A DNA stretch of 63,844 nt, filler included, from Ministeria vibrans ATCC 50519 (Eukaryota; Protista; Filasterea), in the NCBI GenBank assembly GCA_943704425.1. It is 7 parts of 7 records of this genome, joined end to end, with 100 filler letters (N's around TTAATTAATTAA, not from the genome) between each part and the next. Parts side by side here need not be neighbours in the genome. Positions count along the whole stretch, not along the records: positions 1 to 20,467 come from CALSCP010000600.1; positions 20,568 to 31,237 come from CALSCP010001922.1; positions 31,338 to 50,717 come from CALSCP010000379.1; 4 more parts are not named here. One strand, written 5' to 3'. The translations under genes and the position numbers were made by a program. Within the stretch, counting starts at the first letter, position 1; every line of letters begins with the position of its first letter. Below the pieces are notes generated by a model. The model ran no database searches. It saw only the letters and a program-made list of their open reading frames with translations, and was not told the DNA's origin. Positions 11,069-33,365 of the stretch are shown in pieces.

Positions 11069-13038
11069 ATGCTGTGTCGGCAGGCCGCACGTAACACTGT
11101 ACGTGCTGTCGGGGCACTGCGGCACCGGACGCTGATTGCGTCGCCGGCAATGCAAAGAGCGATTCTGATTCCGTCGGGCGCTCCGCTCACTCCCCTGCGC
11201 TTTCGCTTCTCCTCGTCGTCCTCCTCCTCGTCCTCCTCATCGTCGTCGTCGTCCACCTTGCCGTGTGTGGTTGCGACTGGTCTGGACGACAGCAGCAGCG
11301 ACGTGGACGACGAGAAGGACTGCTCGACCAAGCCGAAGCGGATTCGTCGCGAAACTTGCTACTCCATCACGCCCGATGGCACCACCGCCACCCGTACAGG
11401 CACCGCCACGGCCTCCAAGACCAGGAGGAAGAGCGCCTCGTCGTCGTCGGCCACGGCCAGCTCATCGCCGTTGACTGGTGCAAGCGGCGGAGAAGGTAGC
11501 AGCCCGGACGACACAAGCAACGCCAGCGACGACAATGACATCAGCGACGACCACAACGATGGCAACGACGACGACAACAGCAACGACGACAGAGACAAGT
11601 CGATTGGCTCCCTGAGCGCTTCCGATGTTGGCATGTCCATGCCAGGCATGCACATGGTACCCCTGCCTGTGCCCGACTCGTACACCGAACCCTTGCCGCT
11701 CATTGCGGTCACCCGTCGACCGCTCGTGCCCGAGTATGTTGGACGCATCGAGGTGCGTAAGCCGGCGCTTATTCGTAAGTTGCAGAAGCTCTCGAACGAG
11801 CGCAAAGCGTACGTGGGCGTGTTTCTGACGCGAAACAAGTCGGAAGACCGCGAGCTTTACGGTGACAGTTCGGCCAACTACGGTGCCGTGTCCAGTGCCG
11901 ACGAGGTCGAGCCCGTTGGCACGTTTGCCGTCATTAATGCCATGGTCATGGCAGACACGGGAGCACTGGTGCTCACCGTGACAGGTGTACGTCGTGTGCT
12001 CATTGCAGACACAGTGAGCTCGCCCGAGGCCGCTGTGGTCGAGGTGCGCACAGAGAACGTGGCGGGCGCTCCGTTGGACGAGTCATCGCCACGCACGCAA
12101 GCGACCATGTCGGCTGTAATGCATTCTATGCGCGAGCTTATGGCCAAGAGCCCCCTCTTTAAAGATCAGATGGAGCAGGCACAATCACTGCGTCGCGTCC
12201 TCACTGCCTCGCAGCCCGGTCAATATGCCGATCTCGCCATTCACCTGCTCAACGCAATGCCTCACGAACTGCAGCTGGCCTTTTCCGAGCTGGATCCGCT
12301 GCGACGTCTTGAAATGGTTCTGCCGCTGCTCGCCAAGGAACACATTACGCACGCAGTGCAGGCAGACATGACACAGATGGTGTCGGACAAGGTGAACGAG
12401 GCACAGCGGCGCTATGTGCTCCAAGAACAGCTCAAGGTGATCAAGAAGGAGCTGGGCCTGGACCGCAGCGACAAGCAGACCATTGTTGACAAGTACACGT
12501 CTCTTGCGGAATCTATTGAGTTCCCGCCCGCCGTTCGCGAAGTCGTCGAGAACGAGCTCACCAAGCTGGACATGTTGGAGGTGAGCAGCTCGGAGTTTGG
12601 CGTGACACGCACCTACCTCGACTGGCTCACCACACTGCCCTGGTCGCGCGTCTCCACTGACAATCTCGACCTGGCACGCGCGCAAACCATCCTCGACGAC
12701 GATCACTACGGCCTCGATGACATCAAGGACCGTGTGCTTGAGTTTATTGCTGTCACTCACATGGGCTCGGGACGCGCGGGCCACGGCAAGATGCTCTGCT
12801 TTCACGGCCCACCGGGTGTCGGCAAGACGAGTATTGCCAAAAGTATCGCGCGCGCACTCGACCGCGAGTACTGTCGCTTCTCCGTCGGCGGCATGCGCGA
12901 CGTCAGCGAGGTCAAGGGTCACCGCCGCACCTATGTGGGCGCACTGCCCGGCAAGATCATTCAATCCATGCGCACCTCCAAGACAAGCAACCCGCTTATC
13001 CTCATCGATGAAATTGACAAGATTGGCACGGGCCAGTA

Positions 13039-13088
<50 letters not shown>

Positions 13089-14436
13089 GCGGCTTCCTCG
13101 ACCACTATCTTGACGTGCCATTTGATCTGAGCAAGGTGCTTTTTGTGTGCACCGCCAACGTTCTCGATACCATCCCTGGACCCCTTCTCGACCGCATGGA
13201 GCTCATCTCTGTCGCCGGCTATGTCGCCGAGGAGAAGCTTGCCATTGCCAAGAACTACCTTGTGCCCGCAACCAGTCGCGAGACGGGACTCACTCCTGCT
13301 CACCTGCAGCTCCCCGACGCCACCCTCATGAGCATCATCTCTGACTACTGCCGCGAGGCGGGCGTTCGCAATCTTGCCCAGAAGATCCAGCAGGTGTACC
13401 GCAAGGTCGCGCGCAAACTCGTCAACTCGGACCAACAGAAAAAGGCGACCGAGGCGCAGCAGCAGCAGCAGCAGGGCAATGGCGACGGCGAGACAATCGT
13501 TGACTCGGCCAAGGGGGACGATGGTGTGCCCGAGGCGACAAGCGCAGAGGGCGATCAGGCGCCACGCTTTGTTGTCAAGTCAGAGGAGCTCCACGAGTAC
13601 CTGGGCAAGCCCGTGTTCAACTCGGATCTCATGTACAACCCTCTGCCAGCGGGTGTCGTGATGGGCCTGGCCTGGACCCGTCTGGGCGGCACAACCATCT
13701 ATGTCGAGAGCGTCTCCGTTGCCGGCGAGGGTGGTGCCCAGCTCAAGACCACCGGACAGATGGGCGAAGTCATGAAAGAGAGCTCAGCCATTGCACATAC
13801 CTATGCACGCTCGTTTGTTCGCTCTCACTTTCCCGACAAGACCCTCCTCGATACAGCCACTGTCCATATGCACTTGCCCGAAGGCGCCACTCCCAAGGTA
13901 GGGAAGAGACAGAGAGGGGCAGAGAGAGTGACAGAGAGAAACAAATTGAAAAGAAAGAAAAGAGAGGGGGGAGGGGAGGGGAGGAGGGAGGAAAAAGAAA
14001 CAAAGTGAACAGCCACACAAAAGAAACATAATGTGCTATCACTAAAATGTTGTTCTTTTAGGATGGGCCGTCTGCCGGTTGCACCATGGTCACGTCCATG
14101 GTGTCCCTTGCGCGGGGTGTTGCGCCCCTTCCTCACTGTGCCATGACAGGCGAACTGTCACTCACTGGAAAGGTAGCATTGGAAAGCATTCAAAAACACA
14201 AAACATTTATTTCGTTTCTTTGCCAGGTTCTTCCTGTGGGAGGCATCAAGGAGAAGGTGATTGCGGCGCGACGGGCGGGCATCACATCACTGATCCTGCC
14301 AGACGCCAACCGCCGTGACTTTGAAGAGCTCAAGCCGTACCTCAAGGAGGGCATTGACGTCGTCTTTGCACGCACCTACGACGACGTCTACCGCGTTGTG
14401 TTCCCCGATGGGACTGCGCAGGGTCACACGGAATAA
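11069..14436 (+). CDS. LONP1: Mitochondrial Lon protease (PIM1/LONP1), 3 exons (about 11069-13897, 14062-14172, 14227-14436)
   Basis: Mitochondrial presequence MLCRQAARNTVRAV; Lon N domain; Walker A GPPGVGKTS; GHRRTYVGALPG; LIDEIDK; HLPEGATPK|DGPSAG (catalytic Ser); GGIKEK (catalytic Lys). Confidence 0.97.
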
Positions 14437-14624
14437 TAAATAATACACATTATTATTATTATTGTTGTTATCATTATTATCATTACGGAATCGTTACTAT
14501 CTCAATACAATTCTCAATAATTTATTATTATTATTTTTATTATTATTTTAATAGACAAACGCAAACCCGTATGAGCTATGGCGCCTATATTGAGAATACA
14601 ACTCAATTTTCTTTCTTTTCTTTT

Positions 14625-14712
<88 letters not shown>

Positions 14713-14765
14713 TTGTTTCTTTCTCCTCTCTCTACCACTTTGTTTCTTTCTCCTCTCTCAAATGG

Positions 14766-20263
<5,498 letters not shown>

Positions 20264-20358
20264 CTAAGACAAGAAATCAGAAAGAGAGCGTCATAAACAA
20301 AACAAGAACAACATAATAAATAATAATAATAATAATTATAATAATACTAATAATACTA

Positions 20359-20467
<109 letters not shown>

Positions 20468-20567
20468 NNNNNNNNNNNNNNNNNNNNNNNNNNNNNNNNN
20501 NNNNNNNNNNNTTAATTAATTAANNNNNNNNNNNNNNNNNNNNNNNNNNNNNNNNNNNNNNNNNNNN
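20468..20567. other. Artificial contig linker N44-TTAATTAATTAA-N44
   Basis: Identical 100-nt spacer with stops in all six frames, recurring six times in the window. Confidence 0.98.
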
Positions 20568-20673
20568 GTCGCATCTTCGTCAAAATACTGTACTCTCCCA
20601 CCTTGGCATTGCCTACGCCTCGCATAGTACACCCTATGTCACTCACCCCCACTGTGTCTCCTCTTCTCTTTAG

Positions 20674-21116
20674 GAACAATTTTGAATTAAATTCGGTTGT
20701 GTATCTGTTCAACAACGCCACCAAACTGTTTACGCCCTACCAGTCCATCCCCACTGCTGGCGGTGTAAGACACTCTCAAACTAAGCACGCACAACGCTCA
20801 CACTCTGTGTAATCACTTTTTTATCACTTTGCATCTTTTCTCCCTCCCTTCTCTGTAGCGGGATTTACATGCCTTCAATGTGTCCAATCAGTGGTACCTT
20901 GTGACTGCCAACAACGACAATGGCAGTTCGCAGTTCCTAAACTCGCAGCTGTTCCGCTTCACCATTGGCCAAGGGTTCATTTTGACCCAGTCCATTACAA
21001 CGTTTGGACAGCAAGACTGGGAGACGATCATCTGGGACGGCCATGTCATGCTTTTTGGCGCAGAGCACTACGAAGAAAACCACTCCACTGGCTCGTGGCA
21101 GGAGCTTACCGTGTAA
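20674..21116 (+). CDS. 3' end (2 exons) of an EAR/EPTP-repeat beta-propeller protein (TSPEAR-like), partial
   Basis: NSVVYLFNNATKLFTPYQSIPTAGG|RDLHAFNVSNQWYLVTANNDNGSSQFLNSQLFRF..FILTQSITTFGQQDWE matches the EAR repeat pattern SxxYxW..FxxxQxIxTxGAxDWExF..LxxAN. Confidence 0.7.
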
Positions 21117-21257
21117 CCCTATTATTACAATCTTCTATTATAAATCACTCCAGCAATCTCCTATTTTCTGCATTGAAAGAACTGAAGGAAAGGAAGATCA
21201 TTCATCACTAATAATTGACATTTCAAATAAATTAATTTCAATATTTTCACTCCCCTG

Positions 21258-22193
21258 ATGGCCAACCTCCTTGTTGGCGACTACGGAAGTAGTAGCAGCG
21301 ATGAAGAGGACTCTGCTGTAAAGGCGCCGACCGCATCGACTGCTCGTATCCAGCAGCAGCGGGTCGAAAAGGGTATTGTTGTGAAGGGACGATTGTCTCG
21401 CTTTGATCGCTTCTTTTTCTCGTAGAACAACTGCGGCGAAAGCTACTCTCCGTGCCTACCGTTCACAAGGTATGCATCGCCACGACACACGCTCGTATTC
21501 ATTGGTTCTGCTCCGTTTTTTTTCCATATCTCATTGTGTGGCGCAAAAGGACACTCTCAACGACAGCGACGACGACGACCCAGCACCCGCGCCCGCTGCC
21601 CCACTAGATGCATCGGACGGACTTGCTTCTATGCTCCCTGCTCCGAAACACGCTCGCAAGTAAGAGGCTCTCTGACAGTTCCTTTTTTCCATTTTTATGT
21701 GCTGTAACGCACTTTGACTGTAGGTCGAAAGTATCCGTTGACGCGACGTCTGCCGCATCAAGCGCGCCAACGCGCCAATCCAAGCCCAAGGGGCTTGTGC
21801 CCTATGTGCTGTCAAAGAAGAAGCGTAAGGGTGGGGCCAGCGCAGGCGGAGGCGAAGAGGACGACAACGACGACGATGCGCCCTTCTTCACCATGGGGGT
21901 TGCTGCACAGGATGCAGCCGCCAAGAAGAAGCGACAGGGTGCTCTGAAACGCAAAGCGCGTGAAGCAGCGCAACAGGCACAACATCAGCGTGAGGAGGAG
22001 GGGCACAACAACGATGACGGTGGGCATGGCGACGACGGCGTGACTGCCCCTTATCCGTCTGCCGCCAACGACACAAACGACGACTACGACGCGTACGAGC
22101 AGGGCCGAGTTGCGCCTGTTGTCGAATATGGCGTACGTGCCACTCCCGTTGGCGAAACGACACAGGCCATTCCCGCCGAAGCTGTACGAAGCG

Positions 22194-22236
<43 letters not shown>

Positions 22237-22784
22237 TTTACTTTGTTTTGTACGTGTGTCGTCGCTGAACACTTCTTTTTGTCTTTAGTTGGCAATGTTT
22301 GAGCCGAATCGGAAGCGCAGACGAGCGGGTGCAGAAGAGTCCCTTGTGGCAATTCGAGCCATTGACGACGGCGAGCGCATGCGTGACGCAGAGGTCAGTA
22401 CTCTCACACACACACACACACACACATGACTAATTCATTCCACTCATCTCACTGTCACTTTTGTAGTCCTTCCGTGAGCGAATGGGACCCGATGCACTGC
22501 CCACACACGTTGGCACTGCAGGTGCTTCATCAGTTGCCAAGCAACGTCATCAACTGTCCTACATGGCAGCAACGGTAACGCACACACACACTGCTCTGTG
22601 TGGTGTTTTGTGACATTGGTTTCTTCTCACTCTTTCTTTGTTTCTTCTCACTCTCACGTTGTTTCTTTCTCCTTCCTTTTTCTCTTTCCCGCAGGCTCAA
22701 GCACGCGAAGGCGAAATTGAGCGCATGTGGGCGTCAGGCAAGGCCAATCGACAGATGGCGGGAGCTCGATATGGATGGCGCTAG
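21258..22784 (+). CDS. PRCC: Proline-rich mitotic checkpoint control factor PRCC homologue, multi-exon
   Basis: N-terminal MANLLVGDYGSSSDEED; LASMLPAPKH; LVPYVL; C-terminal KQRHQLSYMAAT|AQAREGEIERMWASGKANRQMAGARYGWR* (PRCC C-terminal domain). Confidence 0.85.
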
Positions 22785-22980
22785 CAAATTTCACCTCACC
22801 ACTCTTTCTCTCTCTCCATCACTGTGTATCTTTCTCTCTCTCTATCACTTTGTATTCCTCTCTCTCTCTATCACATTGTGTCTTTCTCCTCTCTCTCTAT
22901 CTCTCTCTCTCTTTCACAACTATGCAACTTTTTCACTGTGCGTCTTATTATTCTTTTTGAAGTAAAGAAACACAAAGTTT

Positions 22981-25051
22981 TTAGACAGAATGAAATCGAC
23001 CGAGGAGGAAGGCAAGAGTAGTGGCGCACCAAATGAGATACTCGGGAGGAAAGAGGGAGCGCCAACGAGTGGTGGTCGAGTTAGAAATGTGCAGGTTGGA
23101 CAGAGAGGCAAACTGATTAAGACCTGGATGATCTCGCCCGAGAGCCATGAGGTACTCTTGGGGGCGTCTGCGCGCCCACCAGCGATGAGGATGGGTGCTG
23201 GTATCAGAGTTGAAGGCGTAGGTAAAGAGGCGGACGCGGATACGGTCGAGTGAGACAAAGGATGACGATGAGGAGTTTGGAAGGCGCATAAGGGTGAGAA
23301 CGTCGGGGGATGAGTGGAGGAGATGAAAGAGGAGCGATATGAGCCAAGGGTTTTGCTCGTGCGTGCCCAGCGCAGCGAACCATGCTTGCCAGTCGAGGCG
23401 AGGCATGTGGCCCAGATGAAAGCGTGGCGCGGCGTCGAGTGCGTTGGGTTTGTACTCGAATGGGATGAGATTCCACTCCGTGTCGTCTGCTGACTGGTAC
23501 TCCAGGATGATCTCGGGGCGTCCGTGAACGCCCGTCATGCGGCGGAAGAGCCCGTAGGACGAGGTGACATGCCACGGGTCGAGCAGGCGTGCGGGTTGCA
23601 CGGGTAACTGAGAGTACGTCTTAAGGTCAAGTTCGCGTGAGAAGGACGCAGAAGAGGAGAGGAGGATGAGAAGAGCGGCACAGGAGACGCACAGGGTACG
23701 CGCAAGAGAGACTCGCGAGTCGCGTGAGAGGTAGAGCTGATGGAGACAGACAAAGAGGAGAGAGACAGCACCCAAGGCAATAGAGAGAGGCACAAGAATG
23801 GCCAAAAACTGTTTAAATTCCGACATGGTAAACACAATCTGAGAGGAGAGGTACCAATGACCGTCCAAATGGAGATTGAGTGAAAAGTAGTCGATGGTGT
23901 GCTTGATGAGGGTCGCCATGACCACAGCGGTGATAGTCTGCGAGAGGAGGGTGGGCGTGCGAGCGGGGGGTGGCGGTGAGGATGGAGAGGGTGAAGGAGC
24001 GGGAGGAGACGAATCGCCGTCGTCGGGTGTGTCATCGTTGAGGAGCGACAAACAAAGCACAAGCGTGAGTAGATTGAAAAAGCCATAGTTACCGGTGATG
24101 ATGATGAGAAATTGCAAGAGAATTTGCCCGGCAAATGCAATGAAGCGTAGCTGATGGGTGCCCACAAAAAAGAAGACGGGCAGCGCGATTTCAATGACAA
24201 ACGTGGCGACGACAGAGAGTGCGTGGAACCACTGAGGAAAATAGTGCGCTGCGTAGTAAGCAGCTGAAGTCGGCAAGCACTGTGTCTCGTAGTGGTAGTC
24301 CAATGCAGTCAGACCCCACCAGGTGGGACAGTCGCTTAAGAGCTTTACTGCGCCCGACATGACCATCAATTTGAACAGAAGTGCGCGCAGAAGAAAGAGC
24401 GGAATAGGTGAGTCGCGACGACGCGGACTGCCGCGCAAGGAAAAGGGCGCAAGCAAGATGGCAAGGACACCCGTCTCAAGCAACAGAATGTCCCACTGAA
24501 ACGAAAGGAAGGTCTGGCCCACCGAGAAGAGCGACAGGTAGAGCAGATAGAGTGCGAGAAAGACAAACGCCGACAAGCTCAAACCCGACGCAGTCACAAA
24601 GCTCAGCACAATGCCCACCACACACATCTAAGCAAAGGAAAGACAAAACACAAAAAAAAAACAAAAAAAAACACATATAATGATAGAGAGGAGTAAGTGC
24701 GAGTGTGTGGCTGGCTCGGCTCGTACGACGTCCATCATGGCGTCGACCGTCAGCCCCACCGCCGGCGCCCACCACAGCAGCGTCTTGACTCGCCCAAAGT
24801 TCTCAAAGGCTCCCTCAACAGTGGGTGTTGCGCCACCACTCACTCGCTTCAGAAACTCCGTCGCAGGCAGAATGCCATTGGACCTGTACAGTTGTGATGA
24901 GAAGTCAGTGCGACAAAACTGAAACGAAATTTACGATTAAAATTGTTTATACTTTATACCCGAGCAATCCTGGGAGCTGTGTGAACAGCGATATGAAGGC
25001 GCACAAGTAGCACACACCGATGCCTCGTAATATTAAGCGTGGAACTTGCAT
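22981..25051 (-). CDS. LMF2: Lipase maturation factor 2-like, 3 exons
   Basis: RLILRGIGVCYLCAFISLFTQLPGLLG; GQTFLSFQWDILLLETG; SGAVKLLSDCPTWWGLTALDYHYETQCLPT; SSYGLFRRMTGVHGRPE; PRLDWQAWFAALG. Confidence 0.93.
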
Positions 25052-25272
25052 TTGAAAGAAATGATTAATAGAAAAATAAATAAAATTAATCAATAATTAA
25101 TAATTATTATCATAATGTTGAAATATTTTTTAATCCGATAAGAAGAAATGAAGCATAAAAATTAAGTCACAACTCACAAGCGAACAATTTATTATAATCC
25201 GTCCGCCATACTAATAATTATCCGATATTCGATAAAGTTGAAAAAAAAAGTTCATACAAAAGGTAAGATTTT

Positions 25273-26867
25273 TTACTTCTTCTTGCCCTTTCCCTTCCCT
25301 CTTCCACCCCATCCTCCGCGGCCGCCGCCACCGCCACCACCACCGCCACTTCTTTGCTGTCGAGGTGCACTTCCGCTACCACCTGCACCGCCCGCGCCGC
25401 CACCGCCGCCACCGTTCTTACGCTCACGGAACCCCGGCATGAATCCCATTCGACGCTCGCCGGGTCGCCCACCACGATCGGGCACAGCGCCAATCACCAG
25501 CTTTTGCAGTCGTGTGTGAGTCTTGCGACGCACCGACACATCGCTAGTTTTAACAATGCGCGTCAGGTCGACTCGCGCAGCAGCCACATCATACAGATTG
25601 ACACCACAACTCGCATTAAGACCCCTTCGCTCCAGCGCATACGCCGCCCACGCGTCGTCGTGATGGTCGCCCGCTTGCTTGCTCCACTGAAACGACTGCA
25701 CTGTCACATCCAGTCGCTTCAGCAGCATCTCTCGCCGCGTCGCATACTCACTCTGTAGTGCCTCATTGATTCTCGCCAGTTTCTCCTACACAACACACAC
25801 ACACACACACACACACATTTCCTATTAAAAAGCGACCAAACCACAAGTTTTTTCCCGTTACCCATTGCTCTGCAGTAAGGTCGCGCTCAAGCAGCGGTGC
25901 GCCAATAAACGCCGGCGGGACCTGCGCAACGAGCTCGCCCAGTCGTGCGTTGATGCGTGCCATCACCTCTGCGCCATTGTCGCTTGTCACGTCGGCCACG
26001 GTGGGCGCAGGCAGGTTGAGTGACAGACACAAGCGGATGAGTTGTTGGCTGCACTGTCCTTCGAATGACTATGGGCGAACGAGGTGAGAATGAGGAAAGT
26101 TCCGTCTAAGACGTTGGTCGCTGCGCTTACGGTGTTTTGAGGGTCCATTGAGTTGCGCTCCGCAACGCGAAGCATGTTTACCGCCTGCAGTTCGGTAATG
26201 AGAAACTCTACAATGAGCGAACGGTTGGTGGCGTCTGCCAGTGACTGTGCGCCGTCTTGCTCGAAAAACTCAAAAGGACACTCTACACACACATGAAAAA
26301 AAAAAAATGTCAAGTCTCAGAAGTGACACACAAAAACGGATAGAAAAGACCACCGAAAACTTACTAAAGGACGACAAAAAGGTAGAGAGTTCAACAACAA
26401 AGACACCCTCGTCGACGGGGAGGTCGCAGGAGATGGCGCACTCGCCTGCATTGCTTCCCGTCGAGCGGGAGAGTTGTGCAACCATTTCGGACACGAGCAC
26501 GACAAAAGCCTACAGACGGAGAGGAGGCTCAGGGAGGGTGCTTGGGGAGGCAGTGTGGGAGGCAGGGGAGGCGATGGGGTGGGGCGAGCGTGTCTGTGTG
26601 AGTGTGTGTGTGAGTGTTTGAGTGTGAATGGTTGATGAAAAGAAGCAGAAAATGGATCGACAATGGCAAGCAGAGGACTCGACAGCGATCCGAACGCAAG
26701 TGAGGGCCAATGCCACAAGGGAGAGCGGGGGCTGAGAGAGATGTGGTTACGTGGGGCGGAGGCCAAGAGAGGACGGCATTTTGCAATAGTCTTCCGTCGT
26801 TCATTGGGGTCTTGATGCCGAGATCGTCGAGGGACGCAGCCAAGTCATCGTAACGATCGTCTTCCAT
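25273..26867 (-). CDS. FAM98: FAM98 family protein (tRNA-ligase complex associated) with RGG tail, multi-exon
   Basis: MEDDRYDDLAASLDDLGIK; EFLITELQA; EYARRREMLLKRLDVTVQSFQWS; VIGAVPDRGGRP; Gly/RGG-rich C-terminus. Confidence 0.9.
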
Positions 26868-26976
26868 AGCTGCTGGTACGGATATGAGACAATTGATTGA
26901 TGATTCTTTGAATAAATTTAAAATAATTATTATTATAATAATTATATTTTTGGTAATAATTTTATTATTATTAATT

Positions 26977-30645
<3,669 letters not shown>

Positions 30646-30976
30646 TGTCAAAACGAAATTTAGTGGAGACTGGAGAGTGAAAATTGTCGAAAGTAAATCT
30701 CTTGATCATGGTTATTATTATATGGTGTGAGTAGGTGGGAAACCTGTCTTACATACGAAAAGACTGGCCGTAGCTTTCGCCTCTTGGTACACCATGATGT
30801 CTATGAGTGTGATCACTCTAATAAACTATTCAATTTTCGTGCGTCGTCTTTGCTGCACATACATTATAAGATTGCCGATTGGTAAACTTTTCACTTTCAT
30901 TCGTGATAAATTTATTGATTATTTTTGCTATCGTGTTCATCCAGCCCCCCTCCTGCTCCCCCCCTCTCCAGACACC

Positions 30977-31214
30977 ATGGACGAGGAAGAACAGCCAGCC
31001 GTTGTCGAACTCGTACGTCGCCCAGACGCAATGATCAATCAACTCTCTCTTGCGTAACTGACTGCCCTTCCTCCCTCTTCCGCCTTCCTCCCGGCCCCAC
31101 GCCACACACAGAACGACGCAGTGGCCCACCTGGAACTGACCACCGCCAGCACCCGCGAGCGCATCCACCTGCTCCAGCAGGTCATCGTGCCCCGACTGCA
31201 AGACACATCGCGCG
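30977..31214 (+). CDS. 5' fragment of a gene cut by the contig end; possibly GCN1 N-terminus
   Basis: ATG at 30977 (MDEEEQPAVVEL), intron, then an exon reading NDAVAHLELTTASTRERIHLLQQVIVPRLQ; weak resemblance to GCN1 VTTASVKERREIL. Confidence 0.4.
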
Positions 31215-31237
31215 GTATCACAAAAAAAAAAAAAAAA

Positions 31238-31337
31238 NNNNNNNNNNNNNNNNNNNNNNNNNNNNNNNNNNNNNNNNNNNNTTAATTAATTAANNNNNNN
31301 NNNNNNNNNNNNNNNNNNNNNNNNNNNNNNNNNNNNN
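31238..31337. other. Artificial contig linker
   Basis: N44-TTAATTAATTAA-N44. Confidence 0.98.
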
Positions 31338-31878
31338 GCACATTGACACACATACCCGTCGATCGTGTCGACACAGCTGGCGCCGTTGCTGCACGGACTC
31401 GACCCGCACTCGTCCGTGTCCGTCTCACAGTGCACGCCGTGCCATCCAGACGCACACTCGCACGTGTAGCCGGCCACTGCGTCAACACACGTTGCACCAT
31501 TCAAACATGGACTTGAGGCACACTCGTCGACGTCTGTCTCGCACAGCACGCCGGTGTAGCCAAATGCACACTGACACACATACCCGTCGATCGTGTCGAC
31601 ACAGCTGGCGCCGTTGCTGCACGGACTCGACCCGCACTCGTCCGTGTCCGTCTCACAGTGCACGCCGTGCCATCCAGACGCACACTCGCACGTGTAGCCG
31701 TCCACTGCGTCAACACACGTTGCACCATTCAAACATGGACTTGAGGCACACTCGTCGACGTCTGTCTCGCACAGCACGCCGGTGTAGCCAGATGCACACT
31801 GACACACATACCCGTCGATCGTGTCGACACAGCTGGCGCCGTTGCTGCACGGACTCGACCCGCACTCGTCCGTGTCTG
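31338..31878. repeat. Near-identical coding tandem repeat, 228-bp unit (two EGF domains)
   Basis: GTCGATCGTGTCGACACAGCTGGCGCCGTTGCTGCACGG recurs at about 31357, 31585 and 31813. Confidence 0.92.
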
Positions 31879-33174
31879 TGGAACACACGGGTCCTTCGTA
31901 GCCAGTTCCACACACTTTCTTTATCCTTCGTATTCTCGCGTCTGATATGTCTGTTACAAGAATGTCGCCTGATATCTCGTTTTCGAACTGAACGTCTCCG
32001 ACAAGTCGAACCTGTGCGTCCGTTGCAGGTCCACCGTCTCCAAAGCCGGATTGTACCGCAAATCCTCCGTTTCCCATGACAGTTCGGATCAGCCCATCTG
32101 TGGAGATAAACCTCACCCTGAAATTTCCAAAGTCCGCAATGGCAATTTGACCCAATCCGTCTCTGGCTATGCCTGCTGGAGAGTTCAGGGTGGCTCCGGT
32201 TGCGGTGATGTTGTCGCCGTTGTAGCCGGCTATCCCCGCTTGGCCAGCGATGGTTATGATAATACCAGTCGCCAGATCTATCTGCCTAACTCTGTGGCTC
32301 TCGTCGGAAAGGTACATCAAGGATCCGGTTGCGTCTATCGCCAGCCCTCTTGGTGCTGCTAGTGCTGAACTGGTGGCTGTGACACCGTCAATACCGTAAC
32401 CAAATGCTCCTGTCCCCGCGATCGTTTCAAGTGTCCCGCTGTCTGTGTTCACAGCAAAGATCTGCAACAAACCCAATCAGTCTCCCTGCGTTTTGCAAAT
32501 TGACGCAGGTCGCATTGTATGGAATGTAAGTTGAGAAAAGAGAAGAATGGAAGGGAGAATTGACTGACATTGGATTGTGATTGGGATGGCTACCTTGTGC
32601 GAACCGCCATCGGCCACGTAGAGCGTCGTTTGGTTGAGTGGATGGAGAGCGAGACTTTGTGGACTCACCAGACTCCCACTGCTCGTAGTCACAACAGATC
32701 CGATTGCGAGGCTGTTGCTGTTCCAAACATGGATACTTCGCAGCGTCTGATCAGCGAAAAAGAGTTCGTGCTCGGCGGAGGTGCCGCGGACCGCCAGACC
32801 GGTCGGCGAGATGACTGTGCCACTTGCGAGAACCGTGGTGATCAAACCCGAAGCACTATCGACGCGTCGAACGCGAGAGCCGCTCCTCTCTGATATGTAA
32901 AACGCTTGCGCACCCGGCGCCATCGCGACTGTGTATGGTTGCTCGAGACTGTAAGGCGCGAAATTCAAAAGAATTTTAGAGAATGAAAGGGAAAAAAATA
33001 CATTCCATCGTACCCAGCGGACGTTGCGAGGATATTGTCGCCGTTGTAGAAGGGTATGCCAACGCCAGCAACCGTATCGACAGTTCCGAAGGTGCTCCTG
33101 GCCGCATATGCGGGGAGAGAACCCATACAGACGGCAACGGTCGTCAAGGCAATCGTAAAAAGAAGCGAGTGCAT
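31338..33174 (-). CDS. Secreted NHL-repeat beta-propeller + tandem Ca-binding EGF protein, 3' truncated
   Basis: Signal peptide MHSLLFTIALTTVAVCMG; NHL motifs (TVAGVG..YNGDNILATSA, LNSPAGIARDGLGQIAIADFGNFRVRFI, GDGGPATDA); EGF repeats DECxSSPCxNGAxCVDxxxGYxCxCxxGxxGxxCE. Confidence 0.9.
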
Positions 33175-33365
33175 CGCTGGCGATTCCAAGTGATTTTGTC
33201 GATGCAAAGGTTCTTAGATAAATGTCTTTATGCGTCCGTTGCAATGTCTGGATAAAAAGAGTTGCAATATGCACTAACTCACTTTCACGAATTTGACTTT
33301 GAGTGAGTGAGTGATCGATTTTCTTTCTCAGTAATACGTGAAATAACTCTTTTAAATTTCTTTTA

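Noticed and set aside
12185-13435. Long antisense ORFs opposite Lon (also opposite CFAP57, the GT fusion and VDAC)
   Set aside because: Expected shadow ORFs from GC-rich codon bias.
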